A DNA stretch of 63,997 nt, the filler included, from Octopus bimaculoides (Eukaryota), in NCBI RefSeq assembly GCF_001194135.2. It is 6 parts of 6 records of this genome, joined end to end, with 100 filler letters (N's around TTAATTAATTAA, not from the genome) between each part and the next. Parts side by side here need not be neighbours in the genome. Positions count along the whole stretch, not along the records: positions 59,814 to 63,997 come from NC_069005.1; 5 more parts are not named here. The stretch is one strand, 5' to 3'. The number at the start of each line of letters is the position of its first letter. Position 1 is the first letter of the stretch. Position numbers and translations under genes: made by a program. Shown one piece after another: positions 63,943 to 63,997 of the stretch. A model generated the notes under the pieces. The model searched no databases and was not told the DNA's origin. It was given only the letters and a program-made list of their open reading frames with translations.

Positions 63943-63997
63943 TCGTGGTGAGGCGCAAGCGAAGCCCTTGTTATGTATATAATTATAAAATATGTAT

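Overview
Eukaryotic, AT-rich draft-assembly DNA, most likely from an octopod cephalopod; this is inferred from the SINE families, the extreme microsatellite density and the repeat mix. About 25 N-gaps total roughly 7.4 kb, and five of them are 100-bp gaps carrying an artificial TTAATTAATTAA linker. No intact protein-coding gene, tRNA, rRNA or CRISPR array can be supported. Almost every ORF in the supplied track is an artefact of microsatellites, N-gaps or decayed transposons. Recognisable content: fossil fragments of Penelope-like RT, Ty3/Gypsy gag-protease-RT, R4/Dong-like and RTE-like LINEs, a hAT transposase and two mariners; pogo/Tigger-like MITEs; three tRNA-derived SINE families with more than 20 copies, including two chimaeras; minisatellites of 11, 16, about 73 and about 189 bp; and a few weak candidate host exons. 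The most interesting signal is a set of minimal type-I hammerhead-ribozyme-like motifs (stem I - CUGANGA-like core - stem II - GAAA - ACGU-type palindrome - UH) in seven dispersed non-autonomous repeats of three sequence variants. Two variants have substituted catalytic-core bases, and one canonical-core copy sits inside a 62-bp inverted-repeat element. These fit Penelope-associated or retrozyme-like mobile RNAs; activity is untested.
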